A stretch of 63,645 nucleotides of DNA, the filler included, from Chiloscyllium plagiosum (Eukaryota), in the NCBI RefSeq assembly GCF_004010195.1. It is 4 parts of one record of this genome, joined end to end, with 100 filler letters (N's around TTAATTAATTAA, not from the genome) between each part and the next. Parts side by side here need not be neighbours in the genome. Positions count along the whole stretch, not along the records: positions 28,694 to 53,432 come from NC_057714.1; 3 more parts are not named here. One strand, given 5' to 3'. The notes beneath the pieces were generated by a model. That model made no database searches. It saw nothing but the letters and a program-made list of their open reading frames with translations, and was not told the DNA's origin. The translations under genes and the position numbers were made by a program. Shown here piece after piece: positions 37,621 to 51,099 of the stretch (the stretch's first letter is position 1; every line of letters begins with the position of its first letter).

Positions 37621-39829
37621 TGCAACTGGCTCAGTACAACTGACCTTGATATCTTGGATTAGAGAAATAAAGCAGTTTTCCAATGTAGATTGCTATCTAT
37701 TAATTCCATTTCCTCATTTAACATCTACACAGAACACAGATTGCTGCCTACCTCCACTCATTCAACATCCTGTATAAAATCAATACCCATTTCTGCAAAG
37801 CACCACAGATGTCTGGCACCAGTGACATTCTATCCTTAGCAGAAGTCAACACCCTCACAGGGAAAAAAAAACAAAAATCGGAAACAAACACGTTTGTAAG
37901 CAGCATTCTAGTCAGAACTTTATGAAATAAATGGCATAGAGCTCTCAGAACCCATCAGTTGAAAGGCCGTATGTGATGTATTCTGTTGTTACATACACGG
38001 TCCTCCTCCACACCCCAAAGGAGCAGTTATATTCACTGAAGGGCTGAGTGACAGTCTGTGCTAAAATAGGATAAACTATCTTTGTGTTCTGTATTTACAC
38101 AATGCCATTTGAGTCAAATCAATGCTAGAATGAATACAACAGATGCAGCCATTAGTATTAAGCATTAATATTAATTCAAAATGCAACTCCATATAAACAC
38201 TTAACTGCATCTTAAACATGCTTGCACTCTACAATGCCTCTCAGCAATTTCCCAAACTTTTAAAATCTTCTGAAAGGCAATCTGCAGTACATTTACAATC
38301 TGCATCACACTTACCCATGTGTGTTCTTGACTGATGTACCTGCACCCTGGATATGCAAAATAAGCTCCAAATTCAGCCTGCTTCACAATTTCATCCAGTC
38401 ATGTCGCGGAAAAGCAGGAAAGACAAAAGAAAACTGGGTTCAGCACATACTCCATGTAGGTAGTGATCAGGCAGATATGTGTCATCTGTGCCGGGACTTG
38501 CCATTCTTCAAATCATAAAACGTATTTGGACACAGGATACAAAAAAATCTTCAGATCTCAAAATTAGGCAGCGTGGCAAACAGGGAGGAAGAATGATAGA
38601 TGATCTTTACAGCTCAAAACAGAATGGGACAGGACAATGTCAAAAGCAATAAAAAAGGATATAACTACTACAGTGAATTTTCACTGTAACCATTATCCAA
38701 AATACACTCGATACATATTCTACAGTGGAATGTCAAATTTTCAAGAGTGAAAAGAACAAGACGGACAGTTCAATTAAGGTAGAAAAGGCCATAAAAATAA
38801 ACAATTCTGAATTTCATACCTAGAGGTCTCTACAACGATTGTTTTGATGCATTTTTTGCCTCCAGCATATTATTTTACCTGATGCAACAATAGTCATGTT
38901 ATTCCTTGCCATATAGGAAGCTCGGTGTGGCTATCACTGAAGAATCCAATGGATGTATTTAATAGTAAGCTGTGATAATTAACATCTCTCTGGTACTTAA
39001 GAGTCTGGGGTACATTAAACTTAGATTGCACAAAGCAGCACACCTTTTGTAGAGTGTCATGCTTCAAGGTGATCCTGAGTATGATGAAACAGGAGACCTT
39101 TACGCCCTCAACTCATGATATATAGAGAGGATATGATATGGTGTTCTTAAAATGGTGTACTAACTAAAAGACATGTTTTGTAACAGATTTGAAAACAAAT
39201 GTTTTTAGTAAAATTGCCCTCAACATTTTCAATGTTAACCAGCGTTCGTTATTTGTTTTAAAAATACATTTTGTGTACAATAAACAGATTGTTTTCAGTT
39301 CCTTAAAAAGGAAGCCTGGTTAAAGACACTTATTGTGGATAGTAGTACCAAAGGAAATCAATCCGTTATATTGTAGATTGAATCAATACATTTACACTAA
39401 CAGTGGAGTATTGAGATTAGATTACCAATGCATTTCTTCAATCACAGACATAAGATAAATTGTACAAGTGTATGCACTATAACTGTTGATCTATATTTAA
39501 GAAATTTAAAAGAGTTTCAATATTTGTGTCACACACTATCTCAAGTCAGAAACTATAATCCAGGGGAAAACAACGAAGTTACTTTAGAATTACTACAACA
39601 CTTTTACTTTCACCCATTCATCCTCCACATTGAAACCAAAGCTTCTCTTCTGAAAACTATTCAAAAAGTTCCTTTAACCAAACATATCATTGACAATAAT
39701 AATAGTAGATACAGAAATTAGACAAAAAAAAAACAATTAGGTATACGAGAACACAATTTCAAAAACCTGCAGATGACCGTAAACTTGGAAGCCTTGTGAA
39801 ATGTGGAAGAGAATGTTGACAGACTTCAC

Positions 39830-41045
39830 TGAAATTGAGTTTTTTTTTGAAGAAGTGACAAAAAAGATTGATTAAGGCAGAGCAGTGGACGTGATTTATA
39901 CAAACTTCAGAAAGGCGTTCGACAAGGTTCCCCGTGGGAGACTGGTTAGCGAGGTTAGATCACATGAAATACAGGGAGAACTAGCCATTTGGATACAGAA
40001 CTGGCTTGAAGGTAGAAGACAGAGGATGGTGGTGAAGAATTGCTTTTCAGACTGGGGACCTGTGACCAGCAGAATGCCACGGGAATCGGTGCTGGGGTCC
40101 ACTGGTTTTTTTGTCTTTTATGTAAATGATTTGAAAGTGAATATAGGATGTATGGTAAGTAAGTTTGCAGATGACACCAAAATTGATAGTGTAATGGATA
40201 GAAGAAGGTTCCTCAGGAGATCAATGGGACCTTGATCAGATGGCAGAAGAATGGCAGATGAAGTTTACATTTAGATAAATGTGAGGTGCTACATTTTGGA
40301 AGGCAAATCAGGGCTTGACTTATGGTAAGGTTCTGGGGAGTGTTGCTGAACAAAGATCTCGAATGCAGGTTCACAGTTCCTTGAAAGTGGAGTTGCAGGT
40401 GGATAGGGTAGTGATGAATGCATTTGGTACACTTGCCTTTATTGGGCAGTGCATTGAGTATGCGAGTTGGGAGGTCATGTTGTGGCTATACGTGATATTG
40501 GTTAGGCCACTATTGAATACTGCACACAATTCTAGTCTCCCTGCTCTAGGAAGGATGTTGTGAAACTTGAAAGGATTCAAAAAAGATTTACAAGGAGGGC
40601 TATAACAGAGAGGCTGAATAGGCTGAGTATATCTTCTCTCGAGCAGATGCTGAAGGATAACCTTGAGAGGTTTATAAAAGTTATGAAGGGCATGGATAGA
40701 GTGAATTGTCATTGTCAAGGTACTTTATTGGGATGGGGAAATCCAAAACTACAGGGCATAGATTTAAGGTGAGAGGGGAAAGATTTAGAAGGGACTTAGG
40801 GGGCAACCTTTTCATGCAGAGGGTGGTGCATATATGGATTGAACGGTCAGAGGAAAAGGTGGATGCTGGTACAATTATAACATTTAAAAAGGCACCTGGA
40901 TGGGTATGTGAATAGAAAGGGTTCAGATGAATGTGGGACAAATGCTAGCAAATGGGACTAGATTAATGTAGGATAACCGGTTGGCATGGACAAGCTGAAC
41001 CAAACGGCCTGTTTCTGTGCTGTACATCTCGATGACTGTAAGACT
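39830..41045 (+). mobile_element. CR1 RT to 3' end
   Basis: VDVIYTNFRKAFDKVPRGRL..WIQNWL..SKFADDTKI; an older CR1 piece follows to about 41795. Confidence 0.93.
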
Positions 41046-42634
41046 ATGGCAACCAAGATTTAATGCAAAAGTGTTAAGTTATACACTTTGGCAGGATGAA
41101 CAATGAAAAGCAATATAAAATAAAGGACACAATAGCAAAGGGGTGCAGAAGCAGAAGGAGGGGACTGAGGGATACACGTGCATAAATTGAGGGTAGGTGG
41201 CAGGGCAGAATGAAAAAATGGTCAATGAAATCCAGGTAGGATCTGGAGATTATTAAACAGCAGTCAAAGTACAAAATCAAGTAGTTATGAGAATGGAAAA
41301 ACCTCTATAAAACACTAGCTCAGCCAATTTTGGGCAGGTTTTGAAGACATTAAAGGCAGTGCAATAAATATTACCAAGAACGTCCATGGGTAAGGAACCT
41401 CAATTACATGGATAGACCAGTGAGAAGCAGGGGGTCAGTCTTCTTAGGGAAGAGAAAGCAGAGAAGATTCAAAACAGTGTTCAAAAATACAAAGGAGTCG
41501 GGACAGAACAAATAGAAATAAAGTGTTCCCAAAGATTGGAAGGATTTAAGATAACTGGTAACAGAACAGAAGGTGACATGATTTTATGTTAAATGTGCGG
41601 TTAGGAACTGGAATTTACAGCCCAGGGAGTATGGCCGAGGCAGATGTAATATCCAAATAAGAAATGGATATTTACCTAAAGAGGAGTAAGTTGTTGGGCC
41701 ATGAGATAGGGCAGGAGTGTGGGACAGTACAGAGAGTCACCATGGAAATCTGGCTCAATGACCTACTATCTATGCTGTAATCATTCTATGGTCCTAAACA
41801 ATTCTGATAAAAGACCTGATGATTTATCTGTGCCAAGATTTCTATACTTTTAATTGAAATCACAATGAATATCTTTGCTTGACAGCCCATGGAGATATTT
41901 CAGGTACCGCCTCACAGAACCCAAGCTTAAGAATTACCTGCTCCTTTTTCAGAAGGAAACATTTTCCAAAAATTACACACTATCAAAAGTTTCCAATTTA
42001 TCTTTAGACAAAAATACACAATTCAAACCTCAAGTTTCTAGATTACACTGTTCTCTTTGGCCATGTACAATATTCTCTCTGCAAAGCAACAATTTAACAT
42101 TCTCATTACTTTCCTCATCACCAGAGGAGAACTTCAACTGTACTTAAATATCTGTGCTTGTATCTTAATAAAACTATAAAGTAAATTTAATATTATAACC
42201 TTGCTCAATCTCTGCTGGTTTTTACTGGCTCAGCATAACATCTGCTTCGTTATACAATAGCACAATATATGAAGCTCAACACAATCTATCCTTTGTTAAC
42301 CACTCAGCACGTCCTGCCACTTGCATTTCCATGTACCTCTGTACATGGAAATCCTTCACACAGTTTGGAATTGTGCCGGAGTCTCACATTATGAAGAAAA
42401 TTTTAGAATTGTTCTTCACTTTTGTAGACCTGACCAAGGTGTTCGATTCTCTCAGTCTTGAAATCCTTGGTGCCCATTAAAGTCTGTCATAATTCCGAGA
42501 CTCAGCTGAGATTTGATTGTCACTTACCTCATCCAAAAATGTTCCTAACATGGATAACAACTACAAGTTCTTCTGCATCCCAAATGGACACTACCTTTGC
42601 CCCATAAGATCCCAAAAGGATCCTCTTTCCAATA

Positions 42635-42854
42635 CAGTTGGTTCTGTTATAACACGCATTTCTTCTATAACGCGAAGTGGCCAGAACGCGTTCTACAAAT
42701 AATGGTCTAAATTCTTCAATTGCAAACTTTCCTTACCTGTATTGACTAGAACGGGATTCTAGTCCTGGGTGATTTAAATGGTACTATTATGCAATTTTCT
42801 TATAATGCGGGATCGTAGGTGGATAGAACTATCATGTTGTATCAGAACAGACTG
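42635..42854. mobile_element. Tc1/mariner Tigger-type MITE
   Basis: TA|CAGTTGGTTCTGTTATAACACG ... CATGTTGTATCAGAACAGACTG|TA terminal inverted repeats with TA TSD. Confidence 0.75.
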
Positions 42855-44537
42855 TACTACAAATTTTTTCCATAACCATTACTGCCCCAAACCTCCACTC
42901 TCCCTTGTCTATCTTCTGTTCATTTTAGATTATCTATTAAGTGACTAGTTATTTTCGAGCCACATTTCCATTCCCTCTCAATTTTGTGTTTGCAGCACAC
43001 TAATTCTTTATATTACACCATAAATTTACACATGCTGTTACTTTAGAAGAAATGAGAAAAGGAGGAATCTGAAATTACAATGATTTAGTAAAAGAATAAA
43101 GGCACAAAGTACTAGTGTAATAACATTCTTCCTTGTAAACTAGAGTCAAACAAAGAAAACATTGAAAACTTTCAACTAACCACACATCCCAACATCCAAA
43201 ATTAACACAAGCTAAACATTAACTACCGGCAAATTATAGTCAATTAAAAACAAACATGAACTGACTTCACAATGTGCAGCATACAAGGCTACAGGGGGTA
43301 GGTTCTAGTGGCACAGTAATATTGTCCCAAACCTGAGCCAAGGGGTCAGGGTTCAAGTCAATTGACAATTCCTGCTCTAACATGTTTAACTGTATTTTAC
43401 ACATACAGCTCTTTGTAAGTGTGCCTTCTCTGTTCTCCCTCTGCTCTTCCTCGTGTCAACTGGTTTCATGAATGTTACATTTTCAGAATTTAGGAAAAGT
43501 TGATTGGTTAGTACATGCTTCAGGGTGCAAACAGGTAACAATATTAGGGAGTTACTCACACTGCAAGTTAGAAAACTGAATAGAGCTCAAAAGACAGACT
43601 AACAGTGTAGAAAAATGAGGAGTCCTTTCAGACGAAAATAACTCAGACAATGAAAGTTACTCTCATTATGTGACCATGTCAGTGTAATAGGCAGAAGTAA
43701 GTGATGTTATAGAGTCACTGGCAGTAGATATAAAACATATAAGCGCAAAGGCAGACATAGCAGAAATAACGTAGCTAAATAAATGTTCCAAGTATGATAC
43801 TTACAGAAATAGACTGCAGTACATGCAAGACTAAAATATAGGCCATAGCATCAAGTCACTGACATTCAGCTATTTATGGATTCCAAATGAGGAGACCGAA
43901 TTAACAAATAATTAAGCAATGTTGCTTTAGTTATACAGTACCTCATCACTGGACACGCCTTCAAAATACTTTTTGCACCAGTAGGCAATAGCATCTTTTA
44001 GATCAGAAATTATAATAAAATTGCACCTGCTTGATTAGCTGGGTGCATTGGAATCTCGCACCTTTCAAAGTAGTATAAGCAAATTCTCTGCTGTTCTAGC
44101 AACTAAGAGTCAATCTGTTGTAATGAAACAATTATCAAATTATTTCCTTCTTTTGGTAATTTGCCATTCACAGATTTGGTGACAAATTCCCGACATGATC
44201 AAGGCAATTGGCAAAAAAAAAAGCAATGGTAACAAGAAAATAATTCAGCTGGTGGTACGGTCTGGAATGCATACTTGATGTGTGGAGGCAACAGTTTTAT
44301 GTGAGACTTTCAAAAAGTGAATTGGAATGGACAAACATCTGAAGAAAATAAATTTGCACAGCTATAGGCAGTGAGAATAGGGGAGCTGTTCTTGTAGCAA
44401 GTTAGTTACCAAGGGCATAATGGGTCAAAACATCTCTGCAACCATTTTATTATTCAATAACAGCAACTAAAGTTCATAAAAACAACTAATGGCTGCAAAG
44501 CAGTTTTGGATGTTCTAAAGTATGCAAAACAAAACTA

Positions 44538-45175
44538 CAGAGGAAACTCGATTATCCAAATACCAATTATCTGAAAATCGGATTATCCGAACGAGATCTC
44601 GAGGTCCCAATAGAAACATTACATCAAAGACGTATTTCCATCAGTGATCGCGTCTTTTGTTTACAGTGATTGAACAGGCACTGTCTCCAAATGACTGACC
44701 TCCCACGCTCTCTCTCTCTCTCTCTCTCCCCCCCCTGGAATTCTACAGAGGAGTGTACCCTAACCCTGTACCCTAACCCCATCCCCCCCCACCTCCCAGG
44801 AATAATCTCTCCAACATTGTCCTGTACAGGGCAAACATACGACTTTTTACTGCAAATTTTTGCAGTAAAAAGTCGTGTGTGTGTGTGGCTGTGTGCATGC
44901 ATGCACGATCTATTTGGCGATTTATCCCACAAACGCAGCAGAAGCGGCAGCAGCAGCAGCCACCTGGTTGTTGGTGGGGGGGGGACAAGCAAGATAGGGG
45001 CGGTGTTGGGGGCAAGATCCCACATGCTGTACGCTGTTGCTAGTCTTCTGAATAGGGAGCAGACTTTAAAACTCCAAGCCCCAGAGGAAAGGCATTTAAA
45101 TCGATTTTCCGAATAATCAATTATCCGAATGAAATAGTGCGCACCCATCATATTCAGATAATCAAGTTTCCACTT
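44538..45175. mobile_element. Tigger-type non-autonomous DNA transposon
   Basis: TA|CAGAGGAAACTCGATTATCCAAATA ... TATTCAGATAATCAAGTTTCCACTT|TA; repeated subterminal ATTATCCGAA. Confidence 0.8.
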
Positions 45176-45874
45176 TATATAAATCCTGTGTTTGTTTTCT
45201 TATCCAAACTGAGAATTTAGCAATAAATGGAATAAGAAGCTCGTCAAATATAACCTTCTGTAAAAGTATGTAGCATTACTCCGAATGAAACATGGTTGTT
45301 GGAATATATCCTTCATTTCTCAAATAGGCATGTTTAGATTTTTTTTACCTTTTCAGATAACTGAATCAGGTCCACATCAGCTTTCCAAATGAGCAATTCA
45401 CCTAGTGCCATTCCCCTGCCTTTTCCCTACAGCTCTACATATTTTTCCATTTCAGGTTAAAAAAAAGAGCCCTTTTGAATGTTTCAACTGAACACGGCAC
45501 CAAAGTCTCTGAAAAGACATTCTAGATCTTAAACCACTCACTTGTTTTTTTTTTTAAAATGTCACTTTTAAATACCTTTTTGCCAAGGATTTTACGAACA
45601 GCAACAGATTTTCCCCCACCTGCTCTAACCAGACACCTCATAGTAGTAAATATCTCTATTAAAATCACCACTCAACAGAAAACAGTTCAAATGTCTCCAA
45701 TGTTTATTAATTCATTAAAAGTTAAATAAAATAAAATTTGACAGGGATAGCAGGATGGGCGATCTGTTGATGCTGCAGCATGAGTGCGCTGCTGGACAAC
45801 GAGGCGTTCCAAGGCAAAACCATCTTAGTAAGCACTTGCAGCTTAAGGAACTTTGGATCCAGGTTCATCTTAGA

Positions 45875-47670
45875 TTACATGGCCCAAAACCTAAACAGGG
45901 GAATTACATTAGCCATTTTCCAGTGCTCTGGAATCCTTCCCAACTCCACTGATTCCTGAAGGATCACCACCAATGCATCCACAATCTCGTCAGCTCTCCC
46001 CTCATCTGGGTGTAGTCTAACTGGTCCAGGTGATTTATCCACTTTCAAACCTTTCAACTTCACCAGCTTAGGGATGGCTACAAACCTCTCTGCTCGCCTT
46101 CTAGCCGTTATGCCAATGCTAACATTGCATTTGCCTTCCCAAATGCCAAACCTGGGAGTCCTAATTCAGGCTAACAAGTCCCTTTGTGTTTCAGATTTCT
46201 GAAGTTACATCACATTCAGAAAATTGCCTATGCCTTTATTCTTCCTACTAAAGCGCATAGTCTCACACTTTCTCAGTGTATTCCATCTGATACTTCATCG
46301 CCCACTATCGCAGCCTGTCCACGCCCTTCTGCAGCCTCTCCACTTCTTCAACACTATATTCCTCCACCAATCTTCGTGTACCTGTAAAATGAACAGCAAT
46401 ACTCTTAGTTCCTTCTCCCAAATAGTTAATATACAAAGTGAATCGTTGCGGTCATAACACTGACTCCTGTGGAACCCCACTAGTCACCAGCTGCCATCCT
46501 TAAAGACACTCCTTTATACGCTTTCTCGGTCTTCTCCCAGTCAGCTATTCCTCTTATCCATAAGCAAAAAAGTGAGGACTGCAGATGCTGGAGATCAGAG
46601 TGGTGCTGGAAAACACACAGCAGGTCACACAGCATCCGAGGAGCAGGAAAATCGACGTTTCGGGCAAAAGCCCTTCATCAGGAATGCATCCACAATCTCC
46701 TCAGCTCTCACCTGTGTGTAATTCAACCGGCCCATACAATTTATCCACCTTCAAACCTTTCAGCTTCCTCAGCAACATTTACTTCGTGCTGCCTACTACA
46801 TTCACCCCACCTCCTGACTCAAAGTTCTGGGATGCTACTAGCATCTTCCACCATGAAGACTAATGCAAAGTATTTGTTCAAATCCTCCGCCATTTCTTTG
46901 CTCCCCATTACTAATTCTCCAGCATCATTTTCCAGCAGTCATATGTCCACTCTTGCCCCTCTCCATTTTAAGTCTAAAAACTGTTTGCATTCTTTTTACG
47001 TTGAGTTAGTTTACTTTCATAGTTCATCTCCTCCTTTACTGCTTTTGTAGTTGTATGCTGCTGCTTTTTTAAAAAAGTGTCCCACTCATTTTTACCACAA
47101 CTGTATGCTTTTTTTTATGAACATCAGCCATTGTTGCCTCATCCTCCCTTTCGTACGTTTCCTCCTCCTTAGGTTAAAGCTCTGCTCTGCTTCCTAATTT
47201 AACCCCAGAAACTCCTGCCGTTACTGCTCTACTGTCTCCCTACTAGGCTCCTCTTTCAATCAATTCTGACCAACTCCTCCCTCAACTCTAGTTTCCTTAA
47301 CACAAGTGTTATACCAGCAGATTCCAGCTTCTCAATCGCAGAATGCATGGCGAATTCTATTCTAGTGTGGTTAACTTAACCACCCCAATCAAGTCTCCTT
47401 CATTACACATCAGAAATCCGGTATTGTTTCCTAGAGGGCTTTACCTCAAGCTGCTCTGGAAATTCACTGTAAACAATTCATTATCTCCACTTCATGGGAT
47501 CAGCTACTAACCTGATTTTCCCATCCACAATGAAATCTCTATTATTGCAATAGTGCCTTTCCTACCACCCCACACCCTAACAACTGCTAGAGGACACGGT
47601 CCCATCAGGGTCTTTTGCCTTTGCAGTTCCTCACCTCTACCTGCACAGATGTTACACCTTCCAACCCTAT
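45875..47670 (-). mobile_element. CR1 ORF2 fragments with nested Penelope-end insert (about 46565-46685)
   Basis: LKGLKVDKSPGP..LHP..ADEIVDALVVILQES..IPEHWKMANVIPLF. Confidence 0.85.
46650..46685 (-). ncRNA. Minimal type I hammerhead ribozyme motif
   Basis: Minus strand ATTC-CTGATGA-A-GGGC-TTTT-GCCC-GAAAC-GTC-GATT. Confidence 0.72.
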
Positions 47671-47722
47671 AATTAGTTCATCCTCATGGACAGCAAGAAA
47701 TAATCAACTTTGGCACAGTGGT

Positions 47723-47807
47723 CAAGATTAGAGTGGTGCTGGAAAAGCACAGCAGGTCAGGCAGCATCCGAAGAGCAGGAAAATCGACGTTTTGGGTAAA
47801 AGCCCTT
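47723..47807 (-). mobile_element. 85-bp Penelope-end mini-insertion
   Basis: CAGTGGT TSD at 47716-47722 and 47808-47814; truncated inside the CTGATGA core. Confidence 0.8.
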
Positions 47808-48780
47808 CAGTGGTGCAGAGTGCCATTCAAGTGGGAGGAGAAAATGGAACGGAGTAGTAGCAAGAGTATAATTAGGGGAATGCTATTCTCTGCAGCCATG
47901 AATCGCAAAGGCTGCATTGCCTGCCCATACCAGGATTAAAGATATCTCCTGAGGGTTGGGGGGAGGGGGCAAATGTAGTTGTTGTCAATCTCTGGACCAA
48001 TAAGAATAGAGAGAAAGTTCTGCTCAAACAGTTTGAAACAGCAGAATTTAGCATTTTCAGAATGTGAAATTTGGGTTGGAAATAACAGTGCTACATTTAA
48101 ACAAGGGTAAGTACAAAAGTGCTGGATAAATTGACTGGTGTGGACTGGGAAAGGAGTTTGTTCAGGGACAATGGCAGAGGATTTAAAAAAATAAAACTCA
48201 TGAGTCACGGGAAAAACATACCCCAGTTAGCAGCCAGGATTCTAGGAAGGGGATAAATAAGGAAGAATATTATCAATTGAAAGAAAAAAAGCATCCAACG
48301 TGACAAATGTTATTGGTAAGCCCAAAGAATTGAGGAAGTTTTAAAAACAAACAAAAGATGACCATCTGAACAATAAAGAGGGAAAAGATAAACTGAAGAG
48401 TAAGAGTGGTTTTAAATGTATACATATTAAAAAAATGTGAACACAGGCTCCTTAGAGATTGAGGCTAGGTAAATGATAACGTGGGGCCAGGAAATGGCAG
48501 CAGAGTTAAATACTTTGCATCAGTCTTCATGGTAGAAAATACCAATAGGATTCCAAATAATCAAGGAACAGAAATTTTTTTTAAAAGTGTTGGAGGGGTG
48601 GGGAGGAATGAATTAAATAACTGTCATCACGAGAAAAATACCTTTGGGAGCTGAATGGAAACCTACAACAAGTGCCAAAGGGATCAGTATTGGAGCCACA
48701 ATTGTTTACTACACATATCGAATAGGATGAGGAAAATAAATATACTATAGCCAAGTTTGCAGATGGGCCAAAAATAGGTG

Positions 48781-50181
48781 GAGAAAGTGAGGTCTGCAGA
48801 TGCTGGAGATCAAAGTTGAAACTTTATTGCTGGAACAGCACAGCAGGTCAGGCAGCATCCAGGGAACAGGAGATTCGACGTTTCGGGCACAGGCCCTTCT
48901 TCAGGAATGAGCAGAGAGTGTTCAGCAGGAGAAGATAAAAGGTAGGGAGGAGGAACTTGGAGGAGGGGAGTTGGAAATGTGATAGGTGGAAAGAGGTCAA
49001 GGTGAGGGTGATAGGTCGGAGTAGGATGGAGGCGGAGAGGTCAAGAAGAAGACTGCAGGTCAGGAAGGCGGTGCCGGGCTGGAAGGATCCGGCTGAGACA
49101 AGGTGGGGGGAGGGGGGATGAAGAAACTGGTGAGGTCCAAGTTCATCCCCTGCGGTTGGAGGGTTCCCAGTCGGAAGATAAGATGCTCCTCCTCCGACCG
49201 TCGGGTTGTTGTGGTTTGGCGGTGGATGAGTCAATGACCTGCATATCCTTGGTGGAGTGGGAGGGGGAGTTGAAATGCTGTGCCACAGGTTGGTTGGGTT
49301 GGTTCGTCCGGGTGGCCCAGAGGTGCTCTCTGAATCGCTCCGCAAGTAGGCGGCCTGTCTCCCCAATATAGAGGAGGCCACACCGGCTGCAGCGGATGCA
49401 GTAGATGATGTGGGTGGAGGTGCAGGTGAATCTGTGGCGGATATGGAAGTTTCCCTTGGGGCCTTGGAGAGAAGTGAGGGGGGAGGTGTGGGCGCAAGTG
49501 TTGCACCTCCTGCGGTTGCAAGGGAAGGTGCCGGGAGTGGAGGTTGGGTCGGTGGGGGGTGTGGATCTGACAAGGGAGTCGCGGAGGGAGTGGTCTCTAC
49601 GGAAAGCTGATAGGGGTGGGGAGGGAAATATATCCTTGGTGCTGGGGTCTGTTTGGAGGTGGCGGAAGTGACGGCGGATGATGCGCTGTACATGGAGATT
49701 GGTGGGGTGGTAGGTGAGGACCAGTGGGGTTCTGTACATGGAGATTGGTGGGGTGGTAGGTGAGGACCAGTGGGGTTCTGTCCTGGTGGCGGTTGGAGGG
49801 GCGGGGCTCAAGGGCGGAGGAGCGGGAAGTGGAGGAGATGCGGTGGAGGGCACCGTCGACCACGTCGGGGGGGAAATTGCGGTCCTTGAAGAAGGAGGCC
49901 ATCTGTGTTGTACGTATTTTGAACTGGTCCTCCTGGGAGCAGATGCGGCGGAGACGAAGGAATTGGGAGAATGGGATGGCGTTTTTACAGGGTCAGGATG
50001 GGAGGAGGTGTAGTCCAGGTAGCTGTGGGAGTCGGTAGGTTTGTAGTAGATGTACCTCCTGGGAGCAGATGCGGCGGAGACGAAGGAATTGGGAGAATGG
50101 GATGGCGTTTTTACAGGGGGCAGGATGGGAGGAGGTGTAGTCCAGGTAGCTGTGGGAGTCGGTAGGTTTGTAGTAGATGTA
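48781..50181 (-). mobile_element. Young Penelope-like retroelement, 5'-truncated
   Basis: YYKPTDSHSYLDY; CNRRRCNTC; IIYCIRCSRCGLLYIGETGRLLAERFREH (GIY-YIG); CpGs retained; 12-bp TSD CAAAAATAGGTG at 48769-48780 and 50182-50193. Confidence 0.95.
48873..48908 (-). ncRNA. Minimal type I hammerhead ribozyme motif (best copy)
   Basis: Minus strand ATTC-CTGAAGA-A-GGGC-CTGT-GCCC-GAAAC-GTC-GAAT: perfect 4-bp stems I and II. Confidence 0.8.
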
Positions 50182-50541
50182 CAAAAATAGGTGAGAAGGC
50201 AAGTGGTGAGGATAACAAAGTTTGCAGAGGGGTATTATCAAAGGAGTACAATCAGATCAAGCTAGTGGAAAAAAAACTTTCAGCAGATGTGGAGAAAAAA
50301 TGAGGTTTTACACTTTGGCAGAAAAATTATTTAAGTGAAGAAAGACTGCAGAAAGCTAAAGCGCAGAGGGATTTGGGGGTCCTTGTGCACAAGTCACAAA
50401 ATGCTAGCATCCAAGTTCAGCAGGTAATAGGAAAAGCAAATCTCCTTATCTCAAAAGGAAATGGAATCTGAAATAAGTCACGCCCAGGGATAGTGATAGT
50501 ATCTCAGACATTGCCTGTAAAAAGACTTGGTCAAACAGCTG

Positions 50542-50668
50542 GGAGAAAGTGAGGACTGCAGATGCTGGAGTACCAGAGTTGAAAAATGTGGTGCTGGAAA
50601 AACACAGCAGGCCAGGCAGCATCCGAGGAGCAGGAGAATCGACGTTTCGGGCATAAGCCCTTCTTCAG
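50542..50668 (-). mobile_element. Penelope-end mini-insertion with intact hammerhead core
   Basis: Minus strand CTGAAGA-A-GGGC-TTAT-GCCC-GAAAC-GTC at 50641-50668; CAGCTG on both flanks. Confidence 0.8.
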
Positions 50669-50849
50669 CTGCCCAACTACTATGGCCTGTGCCACCCAGT
50701 TTTGGCACAAGTCCTTCGATGTATGCAGCGTCGACAAAGCTGTTTGCGTCATCATTTCCAGTACCTAGATCAATGTCCATCACACGTATTGCTACATTCC
50801 TTTTGTTTACATTTTGGAGCAGCTTGATAAAGCTCTGTGGTTTGCTTGA

Positions 50850-51075
50850 TAAAAATCACATTGCTGTGGGTGTGGAGGCACACATAGGCCAGACCAGATA
50901 AGGAACGCAGATTTCATAAAACAAGAGGAGTTTTCATGAGAATCAATGATTTCATGGTGATCTTTATGCTAGTTTGTAATTCTAGACATTTTTCTTTAAT
51001 TGAATAAAAATTTCTCCATCTGCCATAGTAACAACCCACTCCAGAACTTTAGGTTGGGGCTCTGGATTACTAAGT
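50850..51075 (-). mobile_element. Second-family SINE, degenerate
   Basis: CACATTGCTGTGGGT..CACATAGGCCAGACCAG. Confidence 0.65.
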
Positions 51076-51099
51076 GCTGTGTGCATCTTGGTTAGCCTC

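Larger units (their letters stand above)
47850..50470 (+). mobile_element. Old CR1 remnant split by a Penelope-like insertion
   Basis: VPKGSVLEPQLF..IAKFADGPKIG interrupted at 48780 and resuming at 50182. Confidence 0.75.

Noticed and set aside
44624..45151. Overlapping 175- and 148-aa ORFs
   Set aside because: Low-complexity interior of a TIR-bounded non-autonomous transposon; no transposase motifs
48848..49693. 281-aa Pro/Ser/Thr-rich ORF
   Set aside because: Alternative frame of the GC-rich Penelope-like element
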